Part shown: positions 46,067 to 55,782 of the stretch, one piece after another | Numbering within the stretch: the first letter of the stretch is position 1 | How the letters are laid out: each line of letters opens with the position of its first letter | From: an uncultured candidate division Zixibacteria bacterium | GTDB taxonomy: Bacteria; Zixibacteria; MSB-5A5; UBA10806; 4484-95 | Length of the DNA stretch: 64,000 bases | Direction of reading: 5' to 3' | Assembly (NCBI GenBank): GCA_963668625.2 | Contig: CAXXKA010000006.1 | Coordinates: 64,001 to 128,000 of the forward strand | Position numbers and translations under genes: made by a program | The notes under the pieces: model-generated | Database searches by the model: none | Seen by the model: only the letters and a program-made list of their open reading frames with translations | Told to the model about the DNA's origin: nothing

Positions 46067-46206
46067 ATATGATTATATCGAAAAATTGCTTTCGCTAACA
46101 ATTTCGAGGAGTAATTAAACAATTAACCAAAAAACACCATACACGAGTGATGAAATATATTCTTTTCTCAAGACACCGATTGCAATCTTTTATATCAGGT
46201 TGAACT

Positions 46207-48816
46207 CTACCTGTTTTGATTGCGAAATATCTTGCTCAATTGTCTAGCGTACATATCGCTTGGATGTTCGGCCAACCAGTGGTTTAACAGGTTCAATCCA
46301 TCTTGAGGCTGCCCGTTGGCTGCGTAAAGGTATATCAACCTGTAAGCGCTTATCTTGGAGCTTGGGTCGAGTTCCCATGCTTGCTGATAAATTTTCAAAG
46401 CATCTTCATTTTTACCTACACGATAATTTATCTCACCCAGATATTGATAGTAGAGTGTCATTTCCGGCCAGACTTCTATGGCTTCTTTCAAGCTCTCGAC
46501 AGCCTTATCGAAAAATACCTGGCTGCTATCGGTATTACCCTCTATCTCGTAATGAGTAATCAGTTCGATATAGGTTTGATAATATAACGGGAAGCGTTTC
46601 AAAGATTCGAACAATATCCTTTTCGAGCTTAAAGTATCTCCGGTTTCGACATAAAAATTAGATAAATTTATGAAACGTTCCGGGTAGGTCGATGTTAACC
46701 CGACATTATTTTCATCCTTGAACACCGATAAATCATCAACCCCGCGATACTTGTATATCTCGAGCAACAGCTCCTCGGTACGTTCGGTATCGACTTTGAA
46801 TTTCGGTTTATCGGGCATTATTCGAAGTACCATACCCTGTCGCAAGGTGTAATCATCCAGGCGAGCCCGGTTGGATTCGGGCACCGAGGTGCTGAAATAG
46901 ATCGGATATTTCCATTTGTTGGCCAACAGGATATGCTCGATCATCTGGTCTTGCACTCGTAGCACCTGACGGGTTTTAGGATCCTGGAACGGCACGAGGT
47001 AGTGATTCTGCTTGCGGTAAGGATCGTAGTATGGCTCGGCCGGACGGTATATCTGTATTTGTCCCTGTCTTTCGAATGGTTCCCAGATTATCTGCTCATC
47101 GGTCAGGTTGATCGGGACGTTCATCTCGTGTTTTAGCTGAAGGATGTACCAGTCGGTATTTAAAAGCGAGAGATTGACAATCCTGATATCTTTACGGAAA
47201 TTCTCGACCTCTTGAATATACCAGAGCGGGAACGTGTCGTTATCGCCGTTGGTGAATAATATCGCGTCCTGGTCGCAGGAGGTTAATATGTTGTAAGCGT
47301 AATCATATGGAGCATAATCTCCCGTTCTATCGTGAGTCCTGTAGTTATGGGTCAACGTATCAACCGGCAGTAGCAGAGTGACTATCAAGGCGGCCACCCA
47401 TATCAGGTAAGTGGGAGCAACGGCCATACGCTTGTTAAGCCAGGCTGGTATGTTCGCCAGCAACGTGGATAGTCCCACACCGATAATAATGGCGAAATAC
47501 ATGAAAGCGGGCGTGAAGAAATAATCACGATCGCGCACCTCCAGGTGATCGACCTTCGTGCCATCGGCGAAATTCAGGTACAGTATCAAACCCAATGAGC
47601 TTATCAGGAAGATGGCGGCTAGCAGGAAGCCGTTTTTGAATGTTTTTCTCAATGAAATATACATTCCGAACAAACCTATCAGGAAAGGAAGATATCGCAA
47701 CATGCCCCAGATATCGTTCGAGTATTGATCTTTAAAGTATCCCCAGAATCCCATATGCGGATAATCACCGAACTGATGTGAGAGTTTGGCGCGACGGGTA
47801 AACATCCTGGTGACCATCGATTCCTGGCCATATTGTTTTCTTTCCAGATATGATTTTAGTTTAGGCCAGTTGCTCGGATCGTTCTCGTTAATGGCCGGTT
47901 TTTGAATCGATCTTATCGGTATATAGATATGCGGCGTAAAGCCGATTATTCCTGCCAGCATGATCGCAAAATATAGACCCCATGCCTGACGGGATTTCCC
48001 GCGAGCGTTGAATGTTTTGTAACCGCTGATTGCGGCAAACGCCAGCATCAGAACGAACCAGGTCTCCAACTGCCAATTCATCAAAGCCGGGAACATGAGT
48101 TGTATGGGAATATAAACCGGCATCGCGAACGAGAATAGAATTCCCCAGCTTACCCAGAATCGCCAGTCCCTGAGTTTGGAATGGTCGACGAAGGCGATAT
48201 AGGCGACTATTGCGGGGATGAGTAAGAAGGTAGTCAGGTGGATGGAAATCGACAGGAAGAGTATATAAGCGATGCCAACAAGGAGCTTATCGTTGCCGGC
48301 TTTGTGTAAATTCTCACTCCAGCACAAAGACATATACGTTATAACCGCCATGATCATCATAGAAAGCCCGTAGACCTCGGTTTCCACGGCGTTAAACCAG
48401 AATGTCGAGGAGAAGGCCATTATCAAGCTGCCGGAAAGCGCGCCGGCGAAAATGCCGTACAGTGGGAAAGTGTTATCCTGAGTTTTATCCGTATCGATGA
48501 TTTTGCGAGATACTTTTACTATTATAAGATAAGCCATCATGGCGGTAAGAGCCGAGCTTAAAACGGAAATGATGTTGGTGTTCAAAGCCGGTGTGGAAAG
48601 AATCCCCAATATCATAAAAAACTTACCTATTAAAATATACATTGGAGTGCCCGGGGGATGTGGTACCCCTAAAGTATACGAACTGGCGACGAACTCACCG
48701 CAATCCCAGAAAGACAGGGTTGGCGCCATCGTTTTGAAAAATATAATGAAGCTTATTATGAATGATAAAAATGCGCCTATATAAAACACTGTTTTTGTCT
48801 GTTTACTTGTATTCAT
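46207..48816 (-). CDS. DUF2723/TMEM260-like multi-TM glycosyltransferase with C-terminal TPR
   Basis: SFWDCGEF, HPPG, FWFNAVETEVY, RDRDYFF, FTNGDNDTFPLWY, VNLSLLNTDWY; start chosen after GGAGG. Confidence 0.85.
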   Translation of the reverse strand: MNTSKQTKTVFYIGAFLSFIISFIIFFKTMAPTLSFWDCGEFVASSYTLGVPHPPGTPMYILIGKFFMILGILSTPALNTNIISVLSSALTAMMAYLIIVKVSRKIIDTDKTQDNTFPLYGIFAGALSGSLIMAFSSTFWFNAVETEVYGLSMMIMAVITYMSLCWSENLHKAGNDKLLVGIAYILFLSISIHLTTFLLIPAIVAYIAFVDHSKLRDWRFWVSWGILFSFAMPVYIPIQLMFPALMNWQLETWFVLMLAFAAISGYKTFNARGKSRQAWGLYFAIMLAGIIGFTPHIYIPIRSIQKPAINENDPSNWPKLKSYLERKQYGQESMVTRMFTRRAKLSHQFGDYPHMGFWGYFKDQYSNDIWGMLRYLPFLIGLFGMYISLRKTFKNGFLLAAIFLISSLGLILYLNFADGTKVDHLEVRDRDYFFTPAFMYFAIIIGVGLSTLLANIPAWLNKRMAVAPTYLIWVAALIVTLLLPVDTLTHNYRTHDRTGDYAPYDYAYNILTSCDQDAILFTNGDNDTFPLWYIQEVENFRKDIRIVNLSLLNTDWYILQLKHEMNVPINLTDEQIIWEPFERQGQIQIYRPAEPYYDPYRKQNHYLVPFQDPKTRQVLRVQDQMIEHILLANKWKYPIYFSTSVPESNRARLDDYTLRQGMVLRIMPDKPKFKVDTERTEELLLEIYKYRGVDDLSVFKDENNVGLTSTYPERFINLSNFYVETGDTLSSKRILFESLKRFPLYYQTYIELITHYEIEGNTDSSQVFFDKAVESLKEAIEVWPEMTLYYQYLGEINYRVGKNEDALKIYQQAWELDPSSKISAYRLIYLYAANGQPQDGLNLLNHWLAEHPSDMYARQLSKIFRNQNR

Positions 48817-48990
48817 GCTGTCTATTTTCCTCCATTCATTAAAGCTCAAGAATAATATCTAATAAACAGGATGTCAACTGTTTACGGAGATACGCTTGAA
48901 TTTAAGGAAACGAATCGAAATAAACATCTTGACAGTGAAACATTTCCCGGCTTATCGTCTGTTTAATATTATACTTATGAAGGAGGTTAG

Positions 48991-50310
48991 ATGATAAAGA
49001 AGATTGGCTATTGTACTCTAATATGCCTGATACTATTGCTGGTAATGCCGGCCTATGCCGGGCCTGCAAAACAGGTTACGCTGGATAACGGGATGGTCGT
49101 GATCCTCAAAGAAAACCATTCCACTCCTATGGTCTCATCGATCGTTTGTGTCAGGGCAGGCAGTAAATTCGAGGATGATACCAATAACGGTTTTACCCAT
49201 TTTTTAGAACATCTGCTGTTTAACGGCACCGAAAATCTCTCCCGGCTGGAGCTCAATGAGGGATTCAAAGATCACGGCGGTTATATAAACGCTTTCACCC
49301 GGAATGATTTGACCGGCTACCTGTTCGTCATACCCTCGATGTATGCCGAATACGCAGTAAAAACACAAGCGGATCAGTTGTTCAATTCGACTTTACCGGC
49401 CGAGGAGTTTCCTAAAGAACGCAAGATCGTCATCGAGGAGATAAAGATGAATTATGACGATCCGGAAACGCAGGCGCAGATGTTTTTCGATTCTCTGATA
49501 TATAAAGACACTCCGTATGCGCGTACGGTGCTCGGTCCCATCGATGTCATTGAGACGATTCCGCGTGAAAAAGTGTTGGAATATTATCAGGAACGGTATG
49601 TTCCGAATAATATGATCGCTTTATTTATCGGTGATTTTAAGGCCGAGGAATTCATCAAGGTTGTAAATAAATATTTCGGCCAAAAGCCATCAGGGAAGCT
49701 TCCTCCGAAAATGGGTTTCGATATATCGCCGGCCTATAGCAACCAGGTATTCTATCACGAGTACGCCTCGGATATCACGAAGGTGCACATGGTATTTCCA
49801 GCTCCCTCATATGGCGCGCCGGGCTATTATTCCATGGATATGCTGGCACAATACCTGGACTCGGGCGTGAGTTCGCCTTTAAACAATGCGCTTACCGATG
49901 GCGATGATCCGCTGGTGACGAGCATGTCGATTTACCTGGAGGCGAATGATGATTTTTCGCTTCTGCATTTCGAGGCGCAAACGGACAGCAAAGAAAAAGT
50001 CGAACGAGTGGTTACCACCACGGCCGGCTATATGAGAAATATTCCCGATTACATTATCAACGATAAATCGCTAAAAAGAATCGTAACGAAAAATAAAACC
50101 GAACAGATTTACCTTCAGGAGAAACTACATTATTATGGTATCATGCAGGCGCCCTTGCTGGTTAATTTCGGATATCAATACATAACCAGCTACGTGGATA
50201 GTCTCAAACAAGTTTCGTTGAAAGATATACAGGGCACTGCCGAGAAATATTTCAGGGATGGCAAATACCTGGCAATGGCGGCTGTTCCGCAGGATATGGA
50301 GGGTAACTGA
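48991..50310 (+). CDS. Exported M16B zinc peptidase, HxxEH subunit
   Basis: GFTHFLEHLLFNGT, INAFT, ERKIVIEE, YVPNNM. Confidence 0.92.
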   Translation: MIKKIGYCTLICLILLLVMPAYAGPAKQVTLDNGMVVILKENHSTPMVSSIVCVRAGSKFEDDTNNGFTHFLEHLLFNGTENLSRLELNEGFKDHGGYINAFTRNDLTGYLFVIPSMYAEYAVKTQADQLFNSTLPAEEFPKERKIVIEEIKMNYDDPETQAQMFFDSLIYKDTPYARTVLGPIDVIETIPREKVLEYYQERYVPNNMIALFIGDFKAEEFIKVVNKYFGQKPSGKLPPKMGFDISPAYSNQVFYHEYASDITKVHMVFPAPSYGAPGYYSMDMLAQYLDSGVSSPLNNALTDGDDPLVTSMSIYLEANDDFSLLHFEAQTDSKEKVERVVTTTAGYMRNIPDYIINDKSLKRIVTKNKTEQIYLQEKLHYYGIMQAPLLVNFGYQYITSYVDSLKQVSLKDIQGTAEKYFRDGKYLAMAAVPQDMEGN

Positions 50311-51671
50311 TGATACGGCGAACCGTTTTTTTCGCGTTAATGATGAGCCTGCTTCTGATCCTCGGCGCTAATGCCGGGGAGCAAAAATACCTGGCCGAGG
50401 TATTGGATAACGGCTTGACCGTAATCGTAAAACACAATCCCGACTCCCGAGTTTTTGCCATAGATATACTGGGTAAAAACCGCGCCGCGATGGAGAAACC
50501 GGAACAAATCGGCATTACCGATCTGGTGAACAGGATGCTGGTTAAAGGTTCGGAAGATAAAAACTCGGCCCAGATTCAAGCTGCGCTGGATGATATCGGG
50601 GCTAAACTTCAAACCAACGATAACCCGTATATACCATATGATGACCGTTACACCTGGCGGTCGTACAGCTTTTTGCGTTTCGAGACTATCGATGAATTTG
50701 CCAAGGATGGCGTGAAAATACTATACGAGATAGTTTCGAAACCGACATTCCCCGAGAATGAGCTGGATAGGATGAAAAAGAAAGTAATGGGCATAATGGG
50801 AATGTCCTCGGGCTCGACTTACAAGGTTTGCCGCAATCTCTATTATGAAACCATGTTCGGCGCAAGCCCATTGTCTCACGAGGTGATGGGTTCACGACGC
50901 ACTATTGCCGGTCTTACCTCCAGTGATCTCGCCTACCATCACAAGATATTTTATGATCCTAAAAATCTGATCATGACAGTGGTTTCGAATCTCGAACCCA
51001 AGAAGGCGATGAAGTTGATCAAGAAACGATTCAAAAACCTTTCCCCATATCCGGTTAAAGAGGGAAAATCCAAAATTCCTGTCGCTGAAAAAATCGAAGG
51101 TGTTCGATCCGTATCCGAGCCCATGGAGAAGGAGCAGGTTTATATCTACCTGGGTAATATAACTCCCGGACTGCAATCGGAAAAATCAGCGGCCCTGTCA
51201 TTAGCTATAGAGGTACTGTCGTCTAGGCTCAAGCTGAACCTTCGTGAAAAACAGGGATTGGCCTACTCTGTCGGAGCGGGTGTGCGATATCTCGGAGAGT
51301 TTGGCTGGTATACCTGTAGTATCGGAACCGGATACGAGAATTTCGAGAAAGCCCGGGATGGTATCATAGCTGAAATAGAGCGATTGCAAAACGAACCGCT
51401 TTCCCGGGATGAACTCGATAAGGCCATAAATTCCCTCTGGGGTTCGATGCTCATGCGCAATATGAGTTGTATCAATCAAGCCTACAACATGGCTTATTAC
51501 GAGTATGTCGGGGTGGGTTATGATTTCGACGATAATTTTAGGGAGAGATTAGACAATGTAACCGTCGATGATGTTCAATTGGTAGCCAGAGAGGTGCTCG
51601 ATACCGAAAACTACGTGCTGGCATATGTCGGTAAGGTAGCGAACGAGGAGCAAACCGAACCTGCAGAATAA
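50310..51671 (+). CDS. Exported M16B peptidase partner subunit lacking HxxEH
   Basis: GITDLVNRML replaces the Zn motif; SSRL..NLREKQGLAY R/Y pair; translationally coupled. Confidence 0.88.
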   Translation: MIRRTVFFALMMSLLLILGANAGEQKYLAEVLDNGLTVIVKHNPDSRVFAIDILGKNRAAMEKPEQIGITDLVNRMLVKGSEDKNSAQIQAALDDIGAKLQTNDNPYIPYDDRYTWRSYSFLRFETIDEFAKDGVKILYEIVSKPTFPENELDRMKKKVMGIMGMSSGSTYKVCRNLYYETMFGASPLSHEVMGSRRTIAGLTSSDLAYHHKIFYDPKNLIMTVVSNLEPKKAMKLIKKRFKNLSPYPVKEGKSKIPVAEKIEGVRSVSEPMEKEQVYIYLGNITPGLQSEKSAALSLAIEVLSSRLKLNLREKQGLAYSVGAGVRYLGEFGWYTCSIGTGYENFEKARDGIIAEIERLQNEPLSRDELDKAINSLWGSMLMRNMSCINQAYNMAYYEYVGVGYDFDDNFRERLDNVTVDDVQLVAREVLDTENYVLAYVGKVANEEQTEPAE

Positions 51672-51695
51672 AGCCGCACGAATATATAAAAAACG

Positions 51696-51723
51696 AAAGG
51701 GATCGCGGTTGCGATCCCTTTTT
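51696..51723. terminator. Bidirectional terminator between convergent genes
   Basis: AAAGGGATCGC-GGTT-GCGATCCCTTT with A and T tails. Confidence 0.85.
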
Positions 51724-51743
51724 CGTTAGATTATGAAGCTGTG

Positions 51744-54700
51744 CTATTTTTCTATATCAACATTCTTTTGAGTTGGTATTATTTGTTTTGTCGTTGGTGG
51801 AGGTATAGCACAATTCGGCCAACCGGCTGGAGCTATAGATGGTACAGGCGGGAAATTCGGTGGATAATTGGGGCAGTATGTAATCGTGGCCAATCCCCTG
51901 AAATAGTTCACGATAAAGGTGACATCACTACCGATAACACTGCAGTCGCCGTTGGCATCCGCGGAGGCGTAGAAATACGGAGAAGTCAACGAGGGATTGT
52001 ACATATAGCATGGAGCCGCTAATCCCCTGAAATAGTTCACCAGGTAGGTAACATCAGCGCCAAGAACCGATGGTGGCCAACTACCGGCAAACATGTTGGC
52101 ATCGCCCGGCAAATAATCGAACGTGTACGAACCCGAGGTAACCTGGAGCACGATTATCGGTTCGAAGAGCGTAGGAGTATCAGGATCATCCGAGATAATG
52201 GTGATAGAGTCGATATACGTGCCCGCGCTCATCCCGGCTGTGTTTATAGTAAGGTCGATAGGATATGAACTCAGCGGAGCCAACACGCCCGGCCCAATGG
52301 GTGATGGTACGGCCCATGACGGATAATTCGTTATCGACCAGGACAGATCGCAACCTCCGCCATTGTTGATAGCAAAAGCGCCGGTATACACTATAGAGGT
52401 ATCGGCTGCCTGGCTATATGCCAGTGAATCGGGCGAGACATTGATATCCTGAGCTATGACATCAACCCTGATAAATGGCTTGTTTACCACCGGCTCATCC
52501 GGGTCATCCGAGTAAACGTGGAAATAGCCGGTATAGCTACCGGTGATAACCGAGTTGGTGTTGATGTTGACATCGATATTAGCGCAAGATGATGGCGCTA
52601 TGGTAGCCGGTATAACACCGGTGGCGGTGACGAAACCCAAATCGCAAGTTATGCTATCGAGTGAGAGAGGTGCGGTCGTCGATACGTTGCAAACCTGGAA
52701 CTGAGCGGTATAGGTGGTATCGGTATCGATACAACGCCTGAAACCAACCGTATCGGGTAGTACGTCAATATCGGGGATATGCTCCTCGGCCGGGCAGATA
52801 ATCAGAGCGAACTCGAGTATGGTATGAATCAGGCCGCCCTGGTATTGCGAGCCGGGAATCATTGGGTCTATCAGGTTCTGGTTGTAGAAAATTCCCATGT
52901 ATAAGGGATTGATCGGATAGTTGAGGAACTCGAAGGGGAAGTAGAATGGGTATATGGGATTCGGCATACAGGTTGTCGGGCCGACATAATATTTATCGTG
53001 ATGCATCGTCCCATGCGGTCCCGATACGTATTGAGCGTCATTGTGTACGGCCGAGCCGTGCGGTGGTATCGGCGGATCGCCCTCATTGTAGTCGAAGAAT
53101 GGATCGGAAACGCAGAATGCCATTGGTTCGAGTTGCGTACAGGTGCCTGCAATCGTTACATAGTGGCCGCCGATTCTCTCGCAGTATTCAAGTCCTGTCT
53201 CCTCCCAGAATCCCAAAAGTAGTATCACGTTCTGGCTTCTCAGTACTTCGTTTTGAATGAACTCGAGATTTTCAACGGGTATGACATTTATGGTATATGC
53301 GGTGTCCAGCGCTCTGGATGCCAGCCAGTTCTGTGCGCCATTAGCGAGATCCCAGATAACCGTTCCCGGACCTGCTATATCGGTCATGCAATACAATGCC
53401 AGCGAATCGACGAACGGCAACACGTTAGCCGGATTATGATCATCAAGGCCCATACCCGTGAAATCAGTCACCAGCGGATAGCCATCGTTAGGCGGTACCA
53501 TACCGAAAGGTCTGGGATCGACCGGGAACGGCTCGAATTTCGAATCGAACCACCAGAAACAATTGGCCAGGGCGGTAGGGCCGCACCAGGTTTGTTCGAT
53601 TATACCATCATTGTTGAAATCCTGTTTCTGGTCGAAATCGGGCACGCCGGCCGGAGCGTAGTCGGGATAGGCGGATTTGTAGTAGTCACAGCTATCGGGA
53701 GGTTCCTCCTCGCAGATATCGGCTATACCGTTGCTGTTAAGATCGGAACAATCGGTTCCCGCTCCCATCCACTGACCGCCAAGAACGTTCGTACATGCAT
53801 CTTGATAAGTTACGATACAGGATAAATCTTGCATACAGCATGCGCCCAAATCATAATAACCTTCGCAGGCATCATCGATATAATTGCTGTTCGAATCACC
53901 GAGGCATACGGTTCCTGCTCCAGCCCATACTCCGCCGCTGCCGATACATGTAAGTGAATCGAGAACGATACAAGAACCATCCGAGTAGCAACAAGCGCCG
54001 TCGGGATATACCTGCTCGCAAATATCAGCAATACCGTTAGGCGGACTTATATCCGAGCAGTCAGTGCCATCTCCCATATATTGAGCGAGAAGCACGGACT
54101 CACAAGCGGTTTGAGTGGTAACCAGACAGGTGCCGTCATCATAACAGCAAGCGCCGGTCTCGACCGGGAAACCGGTAATCACGAACGCCAGATCAAGGGA
54201 TTGACCTAGACGGGTGATCCGGTCGACACATTCATGATAAATGTTGCCGCCGAAAATTTCGAAATTCACGCCTTGAACATCGATCGATACCCACTCCGGA
54301 TTGTACATCTCGAGTACGGTATCGATAAATACCTCCGTCGGGAAATCTGCCAACGGGAGTTCATATACTATGGTTCTGCCTACGAACAGGCTCTCCTCGA
54401 GAGGTGTAAGTGGCGGTAGTGGCGGCGGGCCGTCAGGAGGCCATTCCGGTGTGGAGTAGTTTATGGCAAGCGTCAGAAATCCCTCCATCGACGGATCGAT
54501 TTTGTTAACGACAAAAGATATCTGAACTTCTTTCTCTCGATCGAAACTGAAAGGATTATCATAGAACCAGATATTCCACCAGCCGGTATTTTCGTACCAG
54601 TACCAACCGCCCACTGATGTTCCATTCTCATAGTAGTTGATACCGCCGCCGCCCATGAAAGAACCATCGGGGGCGATAGCGATATTGAATGTTCCCAGTC

Positions 54701-55397
54701 GCGGTGGTTCGAATAATTCCTGCCAATCCAGAAGAGGTTCCGTCCCTACTACCGCATCATCATTGAAATGGTCGGTGGATGATTTCCAGCCCCATTCGGG
54801 TTGAGGATCATCTTGCTCTACCACCGCCGAGATAGCCAACCAGTATATCGTTCCCTCCTCCTGGATGAACGGATCCAGCACGAGGTCCTGAATGCCAACG
54901 AGGTTATACTGGAAATACTGACCGTGATCGTTGTACCAGACATTGAGAGGCGGTGGAATCGTAGGATCGAGCCAGCCTTCGAGATAATTAGGCAGGCCGT
55001 CAATTGGCCTGAAAATGAAGTATTGCGCCTCGAAATACCAGTCTCTCAAAAGGCTGTCGGGTTTGCTGAAACCATCAGGGTTTTCAGCAGCCGGCATATC
55101 GCTGTAAATTTGAATCCTGAAACCGAGAATATTGCCGACATCACCTACCAAATCGCCGTCCAGATCTCGCCACGATCCCCAGAAGTGGATATCATTAACC
55201 AGGCCTGTTTCGGAACACTGCCAGTCATCGGCAAGTATGATCGGATCATAGCAAGCAACATCCCAGCCGACCTCGTCCGGGAGCTGAGGAAAATGCATTT
55301 TATGCTCGTCGCCTTCATACCAGTCTCCGTATGAAGGTATGCCCAGCAGCGCAAATAGAATTACGCCGGTGATAAGTAATTTAATGTTCTTTTGCAT
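51744..55397 (-). CDS. 1217-aa secreted multidomain protein: 3 GACC repeats, papain/C39-like domain, Ig-like domains, dockerin-like tail
   Basis: Signal peptide; GACC repeats; DQKQ...WCGPTALANC...GGHYVT...VSDP; SDDPD Ig-like ends; PGDAN...DVTYLVNYF and ADANGDC...DVTFIVNYF. Confidence 0.8.
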   Translation of the reverse strand: MQKNIKLLITGVILFALLGIPSYGDWYEGDEHKMHFPQLPDEVGWDVACYDPIILADDWQCSETGLVNDIHFWGSWRDLDGDLVGDVGNILGFRIQIYSDMPAAENPDGFSKPDSLLRDWYFEAQYFIFRPIDGLPNYLEGWLDPTIPPPLNVWYNDHGQYFQYNLVGIQDLVLDPFIQEEGTIYWLAISAVVEQDDPQPEWGWKSSTDHFNDDAVVGTEPLLDWQELFEPPRLGTFNIAIAPDGSFMGGGGINYYENGTSVGGWYWYENTGWWNIWFYDNPFSFDREKEVQISFVVNKIDPSMEGFLTLAINYSTPEWPPDGPPPLPPLTPLEESLFVGRTIVYELPLADFPTEVFIDTVLEMYNPEWVSIDVQGVNFEIFGGNIYHECVDRITRLGQSLDLAFVITGFPVETGACCYDDGTCLVTTQTACESVLLAQYMGDGTDCSDISPPNGIADICEQVYPDGACCYSDGSCIVLDSLTCIGSGGVWAGAGTVCLGDSNSNYIDDACEGYYDLGACCMQDLSCIVTYQDACTNVLGGQWMGAGTDCSDLNSNGIADICEEEPPDSCDYYKSAYPDYAPAGVPDFDQKQDFNNDGIIEQTWCGPTALANCFWWFDSKFEPFPVDPRPFGMVPPNDGYPLVTDFTGMGLDDHNPANVLPFVDSLALYCMTDIAGPGTVIWDLANGAQNWLASRALDTAYTINVIPVENLEFIQNEVLRSQNVILLLGFWEETGLEYCERIGGHYVTIAGTCTQLEPMAFCVSDPFFDYNEGDPPIPPHGSAVHNDAQYVSGPHGTMHHDKYYVGPTTCMPNPIYPFYFPFEFLNYPINPLYMGIFYNQNLIDPMIPGSQYQGGLIHTILEFALIICPAEEHIPDIDVLPDTVGFRRCIDTDTTYTAQFQVCNVSTTAPLSLDSITCDLGFVTATGVIPATIAPSSCANIDVNINTNSVITGSYTGYFHVYSDDPDEPVVNKPFIRVDVIAQDINVSPDSLAYSQAADTSIVYTGAFAINNGGGCDLSWSITNYPSWAVPSPIGPGVLAPLSSYPIDLTINTAGMSAGTYIDSITIISDDPDTPTLFEPIIVLQVTSGSYTFDYLPGDANMFAGSWPPSVLGADVTYLVNYFRGLAAPCYMYNPSLTSPYFYASADANGDCSVIGSDVTFIVNYFRGLATITYCPNYPPNFPPVPSIAPAGWPNCAIPPPTTKQIIPTQKNVDIEK
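53712..54156 (-). repeat. Three tandem Cys-rich GACC repeats of about 50 aa
   Basis: GACCxxDxxCxVxxxxxC...GxGTxC..D.(N).NG/Y I.D.C, three times. Confidence 0.85.
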
Positions 55398-55447
55398 GTG
55401 CCCTCCGTGAATTTGGTGTTATTCAAAATTTAGGTAAAAAGTGACAA

Positions 55448-55456
55448 CCTCCTTTC
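55448..55456 (-). promoter_or_regulatory. Orphan SD-like motif GAAAGGAGG in the leader (copy 3)
   Basis: GCGAAAGGAGGTTGT about 51 nt upstream of a start that has its own GGAGGG. Confidence 0.5.
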
Positions 55457-55782
55457 GCGCCTGAAAAATGATTTATGAATTCGTTTATTTTTAAACTTAT
55501 GTTCTTTGGAGAACTATTGTTTTTCGGTATTTATGTTGATTGAATAAATCAATATACTACCTGATTTAAAGTAAGCTTATGTTTGTTATCTCTCTAAGTG
55601 GCCTGTTGGCCGATGCGGTACTGCTGTTTAAAATGCTCTTGTTACAGCATAATTCGTTATAGTTAGATTGTCAATAATTTTTTGCATTATTGATAGTAAT
55701 TCCGACCTGTTTGTTGTAATTTATCATTTTTGAATTATTATAATAACTGGAATTATTTTAATGCATGATATATATAAACAAG

